DNA of 55,472 nt, counting the filler, from Dirinaria sp. TL-2023a (taxonomy: Eukaryota), in NCBI GenBank assembly GCA_051941275.1. It is 5 parts of 5 records of this genome, joined end to end, with 100 filler letters (N's around TTAATTAATTAA, not from the genome) between each part and the next. Parts side by side here need not be neighbours in the genome. Positions count along the whole stretch, not along the records: positions 1 to 11,039 come from JAVEBF010000880.1; positions 11,140 to 22,177 come from JAVEBF010000881.1; 3 more parts are not named here. One strand, 5' to 3'. Positions 1 to 12,297 of this stretch are shown piece after piece. A program made the position numbers and the translations under genes. The notes under the pieces were generated by a model. It did no database searches. It was not told the origin of the DNA and saw nothing but the letters and a program-made list of their open reading frames with translations. Positions within the stretch are counted from its first letter, which is position 1. Each line of letters opens with the position of its first letter.

Positions 1-387
1 TTTTTTTTTTTTTTTTTTTTTTTTGAGGTGTGTGTGGTAATGAATCAGTGCAGTTGGTGTTTAGGATTATATTCTCTGGGTCTGGACTTTTTTTTAAGGA
101 AACAGAAAAGATAAGATAGAATCAATCTGGAAAGAGATATGATCGGATACAGCCACTACTTGAAAGTACGATGCACTGGACGAAAGTCCAACCAAAAAAA
201 TCAATCAAAAATTTCTAAGTTGAATGAATGAAAGTGTCACAACGTGTAAAGAATTTCTAGAAGTCGATTATGTGATTCGGGTAGATCAGGATCCAGTTTG
301 CATTTGGCGAAAAATGACTTTCAATTTCCACAACCAGAAGAGAGATAAAAAAAAGGGTAATATGCTATGATGACCGCGAACTTTTCC

Positions 388-906
388 CTAGCGGCTCGTG
401 TCGCGTGGTCTCGAATATCCTCTGACCGTGATTTTAATAGCTTTCGTTCTGCCCGCATACGTGGTTCCGCCGTAGCTAGAGGAATGTTCGTTCGAGCACG
501 CCATGATCAATTCCGTCGTCGCGAGCCCGACCTCCGTCCAGCTGCTCCTTGAAGTCGCATGCGGTCCCACGGGCTCGACGAGGATTTCGCAGTTTCCGGA
601 CCGTTCGAATGTCGGGATCTTGTATCCATCATCTGAACCGTCCCCGTGGAAGGTGGCGATATCGGGCACGGAGGGGAAGGCACGCAGGGCGGTGAAGCAG
701 CTGAAGGTGTCTGTCGAGGGGGACCAGCGTGGTGGGTTCTTGATGCAGGCGACGGCTTGGTTGTCAGACGCTGTCAAGGTCAAGTTGCCGCCGTTTTCGG
801 TTGTCGTCGAGGGCAATCCCAACGAAGGGGCGGGCAGTGCCGCTGCAGAGACGGAAAAAGAAAATAGAGCTGGAAGGAGGAGCAAAAAAGAAGTGATTGC
901 TTTCAT
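388..906 (-). CDS. Small secreted Cys-containing protein (candidate effector)
   Basis: 172-aa ORF with hydrophobic signal peptide MKAITSFLLLLPALFSFSVSAAALP; pattern C..C..IP..GNCEI..SSW.EV..L..AC..GG is shared with the genes at 48992 and 50122. Confidence 0.8.
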   Translation of the reverse strand: MKAITSFLLLLPALFSFSVSAAALPAPSLGLPSTTTENGGNLTLTASDNQAVACIKNPPRWSPSTDTFSCFTALRAFPSVPDIATFHGDGSDDGYKIPTFERSGNCEILVEPVGPHATSRSSWTEVGLATTELIMACSNEHSSSYGGTTYAGRTKAIKITVRGYSRPRDTSR

Positions 907-2456
907 GGTGAGTTTTTTCGATGGTGGTAATAGAGACAGGTCGACAATGCTTCCTGGGTAATCAGAGCAGGTGAACTGTAGAAGAAACGCTGCCTACCTA
1001 GATTGATCCCGGATGGCATGGCGCTTTTAAAGGCTTCATGAGTCGGCAACAAAACTGCCATCGTAAAAAAAAGCGACTTCAATTCGAGATCACAGCGGGA
1101 TCTGACCCTTTCTGCCGTGGGCTCAGCCTTGAGCGTTCCTGAATGGAAAATACCAAGCATACATAACCGACCGTCGACCGGTCGGACTAGGAAATTAGAA
1201 CAGATATGTGCAGTGTTTTTAGAATCATTTCCCTTCTCAGGCCGCGGCTCAGAGCAGAACGTTGGAACATTTCCCGTGCTAAATCAGATGCGCCAGGGGT
1301 CGCGACTTGACGCGCATGCGCAAACACATCCTGACGATAGGAAAGACTAGACACTTTTGGATTGCCTATCGTCGCCGTACCTTGGAATAATGTGCTCATG
1401 GGAGTAGCTTCGAGACACCTAGATAAGCCAACCAAAAAATCACTTCACTCTTTGAACCAGCTCTGTCCGAAGGTTGGATTCAGACATTGCAGAGCGGAAG
1501 AGGTGCGTGTGTCGTAGATAGAAGTAGTTTCTAGTGAAGAAGCCTTGACTTATCATGTACAGTATCTTACATGACTAGAGTCAAAGACCCAGGCAGTGCA
1601 AAGCCTGAAGTCTTGCAGCACTTCCATGAGCTGCGATCTTTGAGTGACTCAGGCATGATAACGGGTAGTCGGATATTCGAAGGCCGGCACGTACGCCTAG
1701 GCCAGTCAATGTGTGCGCTATGAACCTCACTCTGACATGTAGGCTCTTGCTGCTTGCCATCCATGTCCATGTGGGAGAAGGTCTGGATGAAAAGGTGGGT
1801 ATGAAAAGGTATCAACTGGAAGCTGGTGGGAGCTTTAGGGGGCAGCGATCACTGTTGATTGCCTTGGCTGTTCTGGGCCGATAGCATCGTCGTGTAGAGG
1901 ATGCATGGTACCTGCGCATATGGTAAGCACATTCGTTGCAGCAGAGCACGGCACGCATGTCGCCTGCTTGTCTGGCCTATGGTATTTCTTGCATGTATCA
2001 TCTACTCGTGCGATGATCGCTTGTTGCCTTCCAAGAGTTAGCGGTCCGACTCCTTGGCGCCTTCTGTTGCCAACACTGAAAGCACTGCGGCACTTGCTTG
2101 TATATGTCTACTACGGTACGGGGAGGTCAGAACGAAAGGCTCTGCATGCCATCCATCGAACGTATGTAAAGTATGCCTATGTACACGCTGAGCCTCCTCG
2201 ATGGTATCTCCCTCATCACAACGTAGGATAAAATCCCATTGCCTATTCATTGTCTGATAAATACCTCTACGGTGCCATGCCAATCAGGATTGGCACGTTG
2301 AGTAAGCCAATCGATAAAGACAGCGAACTTTGAACAAGCCATGATCCTGCACTTCACCTTGACTTCACGCCCATCGAATATGGACCAGAGAACAGGCAGA
2401 AACAGCGGGCCCGGTGCCAATTTCCCCCCAGCTTCTATGCTACCGGCGCATCGCTC

Positions 2457-2855
2457 TCAAGGTGGAGGGCTCTGCTCATATCTTTCCCTGCCTTCCGGTA
2501 TTCCAACGATTGCCTCTTGGGACCATATGTGAATTGCATTATCCAGATTCAGCGTATCTAAACAGCCTCCTTTCACGCTGACCGTGGTGAGCGCACTACT
2601 CTTGTGTACCAGCCGGCTGCCGCATTTGGTACAGAAGTAGCCATCTTTAGTGGCCCCCGACTTGGTTTGGTAGGTGTAGACGCCAATGGCATCTTTACTA
2701 GGCGGTGTGATATCGAAATCGGGAAAGGTAGCCGTTACTCCAAATGCAGAGGAGGATTGATGTCGGCACTGGGTGCAGTGGCAGATGTAGACCGCCATGG
2801 GTTCGGGCAAAGGCGTAGTAAACCGAATCAAGCCGCATTGACAGCGACCCTCCAT
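2457..2855 (-). CDS. GFA/CENP-V (Mss4-like) zinc-binding protein
   Basis: MEGRCQCG, CHCTQCR and FCTKCGS motifs diagnostic of the GFA family; intronless, 132 aa. Confidence 0.9.
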   Translation of the reverse strand: MEGRCQCGLIRFTTPLPEPMAVYICHCTQCRHQSSSAFGVTATFPDFDITPPSKDAIGVYTYQTKSGATKDGYFCTKCGSRLVHKSSALTTVSVKGGCLDTLNLDNAIHIWSQEAIVGIPEGRERYEQSPPP

Positions 2856-3358
2856 GATTTCAGGATTATTATTGGCAAACGGAGCACGATCTGCTTCTTA
2901 AATTCTATCTACCTTAAGTGTGGAGTATGTCGTACTTCCTCTTCCAAGAGTTCCTGTACAGATTTCCCTGCCAAGAAACCCCCTGCGACAATAGGGTCAG
3001 GTCGGTCATACCTTAGGTAGTATCTACTCCGTAAGGTACTTCGATACGGCAATTACCCGTTATCAAGGTGCCGATAACCACTCCGCGTTTACCCCGCGGT
3101 TAGAGAAGGCATTATTGTTTTTTTTTTTCCCTTCACAAAATGGTCTGGCAAAGCTTCCGTTGCTCCATTTCGGGACCATGGAACTCACAGTCACATGTCA
3201 ACCCGTGCAATTATCGCCCTTCACTTCTCACTTATCCCTCATTTTCTTCTGGCACAACACTCCTTCGAAAGCGTCCTCCTTGACTGTCGACTTATCCTAC
3301 CCAATCGCTTCTTGATTTACCAACTGAGAGCTTCGCTGGCATCCTTCTGTCTTACATC

Positions 3359-5230
3359 ATGGCGAACATTGATTCGATCATCCAAGGTGTCTCCATCCTT
3401 GGACATCTGAATGACCGAACTTCCAAGATATTGAACAAGGAGGCGACGGCTTTTCTCGCGCTGCTGCATCGATCCTTCAATGCTCGGCGCCAGGAACTAT
3501 TGGAGCGCCGTAAAACTCGCCAGGCAGAGCTCGACAAGGGTGTCCTTCCAGATTTCTTGCCACAGACGAAGCACATACGGGACAACGATGCGTGGAAAGG
3601 CGCTCCGCCTGCTCCAGGCTTGATAGACAGAAGAGTAGAGATCACGGGTCCGACCGATAGGAAGATGGTCGTCAATGCCCTGAATGCTAATGTCTGGACA
3701 TACATGGCCGACTTTGAGGGTAAGGAACCGCACTGGTTCAAAAAACGAAGAATCTGATTGACCACTACAGATTCTAATGCGCCGACGTGGGAGAATATGA
3801 TCAATGGCCAGGTTAATCTGTATGATGCCATACGGAAACAAGTCGATTTCAAGCAAGGAGAAAAAGACTACAAGCTGCGGACGGACAGAATTTTACCGAC
3901 CCTCATTGCGCGATCCCGTGGCTGGCATCTTGAGGAAAAGCACTTCACGGTAGACGGTGAGCCCATTTCGGGCGCCTTGTTTGACTTTGGCCTTTACTTC
4001 TTTCATAACGCGCGGGAGCTTGTCAAGGCCGGTACTGGTCCGTATTTCTACTTGCCAAAAATGGAGTCGCACCTTGAAGCCCGGTTGTGGAACGACGTCT
4101 TCAATCTGGGCCAGGACTACATAGGCATGCCACGCGGCACCATCCGAGCGACAGTCTTGATTGAGACCATCCTAGCAGCGTTTGAGATGGACGAGGTATG
4201 GTAGTCCCATGATATGCCACGCAGAGCTGATGCAAATAGATCATATACGAACTTCGTGATCACAGCGCCGGCTTAAACTGTGGCAGGTGGGATTATATTT
4301 TCAGCGTCATCAAGAAGTTCCGTCAAAATCCCAACTTCGTGCTACCCGATCGGTCTGCTGTCACAATGAAGGTTCCGTTCATGGACGCGTACGTTCGATT
4401 GCTGATCAAAACATGCCACCGCCGTGGAGTGCACGCCATGGTAAGAATCTCACCAATAGAGCTGGGCCGTCGTATGCTCACTTTATCTAGGGCGGTATGG
4501 CTGCGCAAATTCCGATCAAAGACGATAAGAAAGCCAACGATGCCGCGATGAACAGCGTATATGAAGACAAACTTCGTGAAGTCCGCGCTGGCCATGACGG
4601 TACCTGGGTGGCTCATCCCGCGCTGGCGACGATCGCCACCGAAGTTTTCAACAAGTACATGCCTACTCCGAATCAGCTCTTTCTCCGAAGAGAAGATATT
4701 AACGTGGCCGGCAACGATCTGCTGAATATGAATATGCCTGGTACCGTGACTGAAGATGGAATCCGTAAAAATCTTAATATCGGTCTTGGATACATGGAGG
4801 GATGGTTGAAAGGAATTGGTTGTGTACCCATTAATTATCTGATGGTATGGTGATAGAACAATTTAGAAGCGATGACTGGGCAGACTAACAGTGACACAGG
4901 AGGATGCCGCAACTGCCGAGGTCAGCCGGAGTCAGCTTTGGCAATGGTGCCGTCATGGCATCACAACGGCTGAAGGAAAGAGGGTCGACAAGGCTTATGC
5001 GCAAACACTTCTCAAGGAACAAGCGGATGAGCTAGCTTCGAAAGGTCCTAAAGGCAACAAATACCAGCTTGCAGCGCAATATTTCTCCGGCCAAGTCACA
5101 GGAGAAGACTATGCGGATTTCTTGACATCGTAAGTTGACGGATCTGGGGAAACTTACATTGCAAAAACTGAACGAGTTTAGGCTCTTATATAACGAGATC
5201 ACGTCCATTGGTTCTGCCGCCAAGCTGTAG
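3359..5230 (+). CDS. MLS1: Malate synthase, glyoxysomal/peroxisomal
   Basis: [67 protein letters not shown]. Introns about 3720-3770, 4196-4239, 4441-4490, 4845-4899, 5130-5181. Spliced C-terminus ends -AAKL* (PTS1). Confidence 0.97.
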
Positions 5231-5621
5231 GGGAAGCGAGAGCTGGTACGGGCAGCTGGTATTCACTATTTGCCATCCCTGTGTTGGCAGCTAAAAGGGC
5301 TTCTGCAAGATCTCGTAGACTCCTGGAATTGATCATTCCGCCTGACCTTGGGGCCTGGAGCTACTTCCATGATCTATATGCTTTTCCACTCCTGTTGAAT
5401 TTGGTGTATCATTGTAAATATGGCCGTACTGTTTTAAACAATAAAAGCTGTTCTGTGATTTAAGACATCTTACATACCAGTACAAATCCTTCTGCTGTGT
5501 TTATTCCTATATCACAATCGCGGCTGCGCCCATACATTATAACAAGCCTCAAGTCCAACACGTAGGGGAATTCAACCCAAGGCCGATTACTTGATAGAAT
5601 ACGCCAACCAAGGGCCAAATA

Positions 5622-6146
5622 CTACCGGCCGCTGATGGAGTGCCTCTTGATTTCTTCCCTCCGTTTCTGCATTTCCTCTGCCACCCTCCGTTGTTCCTGG
5701 ACGGCATTGGCCTTTGTGCGAGCCTCATCATCTGCTGCAACATCCCAAACTGGAGAGGCATGCGTACTTTAGCCGGAATTTGATAGTCGTATCATCATAG
5801 GAATGACCTTACCCGGCTTGTCTGATCTAGAGTAATCCTTGAGCTTAGCAACAAAACTATCGAAGTCTTGTTGCTTGCCTTGCCTATTCTCGAGCGACCT
5901 CCTTTGAAGATCGGGATTGTACCGCTACAGATCTTCATGTCAGCCACACCGGACAGGTGGATACAAATCACGTGAATACTTTGAATAGCTCTTCCTCCGC
6001 AGGTGTCACCCAGTAGATCAGGAAAGGGCCTCCAATACTCAGAATACCGCCTCTGCGCTTGGATTAGTGGTATTATTTTAGGACGGCCAGTTTGACCTGT
6101 CTTCTTACGCAGCGATCATCTTGATCCATAGGCCAGCCTTGGACAT
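5622..6146 (-). CDS. CBP4: Cytochrome bc1 complex assembly factor Cbp4
   Basis: Spliced by hand (introns 6053-6108, 5925-5979, 5750-5812): [87 protein letters not shown]...SGR*; matches the CBP4 signature TP.EEEL.KRY.P.L and SDKP.W. Confidence 0.9.
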
Positions 6147-6946
6147 CTTGGCCCCTTCTAGCAGTAAAGCACGACAAACACGTCTCCAGGAGCTCTAGCG
6201 CCAAGAGCTATAAAGGATCGTAGGGTCCAAGAACTTCAGGAGTCGAATGTAGTTCTCTCATCGATTTCTTGATTGTTCATGATAGGCTGCTACGATATTG
6301 CCACAGCCACACGCTATCTAAATGCCCAGTCGTTATAGTGAGGGTTAGGGTTACTAAGCCACAGAAATCATTGCATGAGCCACATCAAGCACGTACGCGA
6401 CGTACGATTCGAGAATCGAATATGTCGGTCTCCAGCTATTCAGAGCTCGTCTCACTCTCTCGTATTGCCTCAGTAGCCCTGGACGGAGGCTGAGACAACT
6501 GCTGCACATGCCACTGGCTGAACTTCCGCAGCTGCTAGACCTAATCCACCGTCTCCGAAATTGCGAGTGGATCAACCCCTGCAAGCAAGTTGCGCCAATC
6601 AAGTATATGTCATTCGTAGTATTCGATCTTCGTGAAGATCATGGCTTTGCACAGCGACATATGAGCTTTCTTGATTCTTGCGCGGCAGCTCCGTTGTTTT
6701 TTCTACTGTACGAGCTCCCATCGCTTCATTACGACAGTCACGGATGAAGCGCATTTTATTGTTCACGCTGAGAATCAACAACCACAGCTGCCGGCCTTCA
6801 CACCTTGACCAATGGAGAATCAGAGCCGCAAAGACTATCACTACGCGTAATACGCTGCTGCTGTGGCGTAGGCTCCATGAAATTTGACATCGCTGCGAAG
6901 TTACCAGTTTGAATTGAAGGATCATTGAGTAAGGTACAGCAGCAGC

Positions 6947-9900
6947 ATGGCCTACGAGCGACAGCGTGAGACTCCAAGCGGACGTATGCCGGCGCAGAGA
7001 AACGCTCAGCAATACCATGGGAGCCGGAATAATTACGGCGAACCACTTCCCGATTTTCAAGGCTACAGAAATCACGTCCACGAGCCGTTGCGGCAAAACG
7101 AGCAATATGTCTACCCTCCTGATCAAGAATATGTTCGAGAAGCCCCCTCTCGTCAGGTCGGAAGCCATAGTCCAGCACTCTATGATCATTCTCAAGGGTC
7201 TCAAAGCCCTCCTGTTCAGTATGACGCAAAGAGCTACACCGTGTTAGGGGAACGAAGGCCGCCTGGTCAGTCGCAGATTGCTTCATTTGGTCCTTCGCCT
7301 GGCGTAGCCCCTGGTAGTCGAGCGGCTCGTTTCGCTGGGAAGAATGAAGGTGCCAGCATGCGATATCCACCAGATCGTATCCGTGAGCGTGAGCATAATC
7401 AGCGAGAACGGCCATCCCATGTTGGGCCTGCAAGCCCGCCCCTCAACGATCTCCAGGCGTATAACAGATATGAAAGGGCAGAGGGCTATCATGAGCCTCG
7501 GCATGGTGGCCCAGACGAGCGGCCTTATCACGTACGCAACGATCCACAGCCACCAACGCAAAGCCAGGGGCGATCAGAGAGATACGGACAAATGGACAAC
7601 ATCAATCAAAATGGTCCATCTCGTTCCAATGGATGGGACAACTCACAGGCACAGCGATCAGACGGTGACCATAATGCGCACAGTTCCAACCCAAGACAAA
7701 ACTTTGACAAGAGAAAAGTATTCGATGATCCAATATCCCCAGAGGCGGTCAGCTGGGACAACCCCTTTCCAACGTTTCCTGCGGTCAAAAAAAAGGGAAC
7801 ACCCCTTGATGGAAAATCCAAGAGATCTATGGTCGATTTGCGGACAAGCAACGCCCCTCAGGAAACTCCAAGTGCCAGGCCTCGCTCAGCTGACGGCACG
7901 GTAGGGCAACGTAGAGATCAAGCCCAACATCCAATGGTCGGCGTTCAGCCAGACGTCCAGAGTGCTCAGGAGGGCTTTCACGGTGTAGGAGAGGTAACAC
8001 CTGCAGGGCAAATACGAGCTGCAGAGGAGAGACGTGGTACAAACATTGGACAGAGCAGACCCGGTCCTTCCACAAGCAGACACTCAGAAGAAGCTCCGCA
8101 TAGAGCACTGCCCCAATCGAATGGGATGTACGGCACACTCGATCCTGGACGTAGCAAAACCATGCCGAGCGCAGTTTCCGATGCTGTGGTACGCGGTGTG
8201 CAAAATGGGCATACCGATCTAGCTACTTGGCAGGAGCCCGGACCTACCGCAGGGTATCACGGACCTGAAGGTAAAGCCTATTTGCCTGGCGAGACTTCCA
8301 CCACCTCTGGTTCTAGGCCTTGGGGTCCCAGTAGATCGCGTTCGGACGAGGTCTCACAAACACGCAAGAACCCAACGTCAAGGATGCAGTATACTCAGGC
8401 TCGGCCTCAAGCCCCTCGGCAGGATAGCATTGCAGATGTTTACGACTCCTATTATGACACGTCGTCTCCTACAACTACTCATCAAGCTCACAGCGGCGGG
8501 TACGGGCATCAGTCGCCAGTACGAGAGAAGATGCCGAATTTCGATGCGACCCCAAACTTATCTGGTTCCCGTCATTATCGCGGCATGACAATAGACGATC
8601 ATCTACAACCTCAAATGAGATCGCCAGAGATGCCAGCTATGCCGATTCGATATCAACAAGAACATCCTGACACGTTCGGCAGTGGTCAAGGTGATAAGCA
8701 AGTTGTCCATAGCCGATCGCAGGCAGATTTCCATCCCCAAAACAATTCCAAAAATGACTTCAATTTTGGTCCACTAGAAACCTCCGAGAAGCCTTCAAGC
8801 AGCCATAGACAGTACGATGCATGGGGCCAGCATCAACGTCCCTCTGGAGGACCGCCACGTAGACCGGGCTATGACCACCAACAAAGCGCTTTGGATAAGA
8901 ATTTCTACCGGCAACCAAAACCTCATCATGCTAATGGAGGACCACACACGCAACAATCCGCAAACCGCGTGTTACCTGATCGCAGTGGACCGTCGCCCCA
9001 AAGACGGAACCGTGGAGCAAACGATAATCCTGTCGCTGACATCCGAGTCAGGTCAGCTTCGCCGCCGTCAAGATCTCCCCTGAATCCGGATGCATTGCCA
9101 GCTCATCCTGCCCCAGTACGTGCAGGTTTGAATTCGGGTCCCTCAGCAAAACAGCCGCCGAAACCCGCTCCTGTCAGAAATTATAACAGTAATGGCTCGC
9201 CGCTTCAGACATCAAACCCTACTCAAGTACCTACGGCATCGCCGTCTGCCGGCAGGAATGAGACTGGCCAAGTCACGCAGCAGGACCTTGATAGGCTTCG
9301 GCATGGCATGAAAATGAATCCCTCTGATCAGAAAATCCAAATGGATTTAGCTAAGAAGCTCGTTGAAGCAGCCGCCGCTTTAGACCACGGTGTCCCACGG
9401 ATCGACCAGAGGACCATTCAGAAAACGAAGGAAAAATATTTCGCTGAGTCACACAAGATCGCAAAGCGACTTGTGTCAAGTGGGAACGCGGACGGGATGT
9501 TCTTCCTTGGCGATTGCTATAGCCAGGGAATGCTCGGCCTTGAGAAAGACCCCAAGGAAGCCTTCATGTTGTATCAATCTGCAGCGAAGATGGGCCATGC
9601 GCAAGCTGCCTTTAGAGTAGCGGTATGCTGTGAGCTGGGGCTCGAACAGGATGGCGGCACCAAACGAGACCTAGGGAAGGCTGTCCAGTGGTACAAGCGC
9701 GCTGCTCAATTGGGAGACACCCCCGCCATGTATAAGATCGGTGTGATTCAGTTGAAAGGTCTGCTGGGTCAGCCAAAAGACTCGGGAGAAGCGATTCAGT
9801 GGTTGAGAAAAGCGGCCGACAAAGCTGACAAGGATAATCCACATGCTTTGCATGAACTGGTAAGTTCTCCCTTCATCAGCTAAACAGGGCACTTTGGATG

Positions 9901-10589
9901 GACTAGAGCAACTCACTGATCCGATTACTCTCTCAAGGCTCTCTGGCATGAAGCGGCCGGCGAAAACGGTAGAGCTGGGAACGACGAGGCGTACGCGTGG
10001 CAGCTGTTCCAGCAAGCCGCGGAGCTCGGCTACAAATTTTCCCAATACCGCCTGGGCCGTGCTTTCGAGTACGGCATGATGCGGTGTCCCATCGACCCTC
10101 GACAGTCGATAGCGTGGTACAGCAAAGCCGCCGTGCAGGAAGAGCACCAGAGCGAGCTTGCCCTGAGCGGCTGGTACCTCACGGGCTCCGAGGGCGTGCT
10201 TCAGCAGAGCGACACGGAAGCGTATCTCTGGGCGCGGAAAGCCGCGACGGCGGGGCTGGCGAAGGCGGAGTTCGCAATGGGATACTTCACCGAGGTCGGC
10301 ATCGGCTGCCCGCCCAGCTCCGAAGAGGCCAAACGATGGTATTGGAGAGCTGCCTGTAAGTTTTGAGTCCTTTTCTTTTCTTTTCCTTCTTTTCATTTCC
10401 TTGGCCCCCCCTAACACTGATATAATGCATGGTTTATTTACTGACATGGAAAAAAACAAAAAAACAGCGCAAAACTTCCCCAAAGCTCGGGACCGGCTGG
10501 AGGAGCTGAGGAAGGGCGGTGCGAAGATGAAAAAGGAACGCGTTTCGCGCTCGGCCATGAAGCAGGAGAGTGAATGCTCGCTCATGTGA
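6947..10589 (+). CDS. Sel1-repeat chitin synthase activator (Chs4/Skt5-like) with long disordered N-terminus
   Basis: Several SEL1 repeats (AFMLYQSAAKMGH, AVQWYKRAAQLGD, EAYLWARKAATAGLAKAEFAMGYF); introns about 9860-9937 and 10356-10467; ends in CaaX box CSLM. Confidence 0.88.
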
Positions 10590-10994
10590 ATGAAGCACAA
10601 AAATCTACGGTTATCTTTTGATTATTGATTGCATCGTTTACCTTAGGTTTTCAGGCCCGGATGTCATGGATCCAATTTGTAAACCCTTTCCTGTTTTTTT
10701 TTTTTTTTTTTTTTTTTTTTCTTTTTTTTTTTCGGGGCGTGTTCGCTTAGGTAGGATACCCACTGGTTTGAACGGGCAGGCGTGGATAGATAGGTACACG
10801 CTCTTCTTGTGTTTGAAATAAGGTACCTTACCCTATCCTATGTACATACATGTAGGTAGTAAAATTCCAGAACGACGAGTTCTTTAAGTCCCAATGGGCA
10901 CTTTTCATGAGAGAAGAAAAAAAAGAAAATTGGAATCACCGCGGTATCGTACTTTATATACGCAGATACTGCTATCCAGTCAGATTTCCAACAA

Positions 10995-11039
<45 letters not shown>

Positions 11040-11139
11040 NNNNNNNNNNNNNNNNNNNNNNNNNNNNNNNNNNNNNNNNNNNNTTAATTAATTAANNNNN
11101 NNNNNNNNNNNNNNNNNNNNNNNNNNNNNNNNNNNNNNN
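11040..11139. other. Artificial contig linker (N-run, TTAATTAATTAA, N-run)
   Basis: 100-nt spacer with stops in all six frames, identical at four positions. Confidence 0.98.
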
Positions 11140-12297
11140 GCTCCAATCTATAGTTACTCCACACACATGTATCCATATATACCCTTCCTTCCCTTCCTCC
11201 ATCCCTCCTCCCTTTCTTATCTTCTTTCTCACTGCTATATACCGACCTCCAACCAAACAACCAAATAAATCGATGAAACCATCACTTATCATTTCATTAA
11301 ATAAAAATACCGATCTATTATATAATTTCATATGATATCATAAGATCATGGAAGGGCTGGGAATATCTACTGCGCTTTTTGTCCAATTTTAATTTTTTGT
11401 TTCTTTTTTTGGAGAAAGAGGGGAAAGGGTATAGATGTATATGTAGATGTTATATGTGGGCGAAGGGAGAGGGAGAAAGAAGGGGTCTGGTGGTTATTGT
11501 GGGATGTGGGTTTTAGGGATATATTACATGTTCAGAACCTTTTTTTTTTTAACAAGGAAAATGGAGGGAGAAAACATGCTCCGTGTGAGGTTGTGTTGCC
11601 TCAGGAGACAAGTAAGGTAAGGTCTTGAGATCGTGAAACCCGGGGAGTTGATTTGCATGAGGGAATAGAAAGCATAGGGGTAATGAGTTTATATATTCCA
11701 TTCCCCTTCACTTCACTGATAATATACAGTACACCAAAAGCATTCCCCCCCTCCGCCAATATATACCTTACAAACCACGTAAAAAACAACATCGATCTAG
11801 AATTTTTCATACATAATCTCTCTCCCTCTTTCTCTTTCGAAACCGTGTCTCATCGTACATCGCTCAAAAACGGGACAACTTCCTATTTAAAAAAAAAAAA
11901 AAAAAAATGAAAAGATATGTGAGGACTGATATATATATATATATCTCCGCTTACACGAAAGAAAAAAAATTACAATGTAAAATAATGCGAAAATTATCAT
12001 CTAGCTAAGAGTTTTAACTCCTCATCATAATAAGCCGTGAAACAGACACATCGTGGCGGATTCCTTCGGAAGCAAACATATAAAAGGCCATGAGTACTAA
12101 GTAGGTATCGTCGAAGGGTATTTCTGAACACCCTTTTCTCTCTCTCTCTTTCTCTCATATCGAAATCTTACAGGCAAGGAAAAGGTCGAAGAATGGTTTT
12201 TCGCTTTTGAAAAAAATCTTTTTTTTCGTGATTGGTGTCTTGGTGGAACGTTGGTGGGTAAGTAGAGTAGATAGTCTGTAGAATGAGGTAGGGCCCT

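Noticed and set aside
11084..11095. TTAATTAATTAA palindrome recurring every ~11.1 kb as a biological periodic repeat
   Set aside because: Embedded in N-runs; it is a six-frame-stop assembly linker
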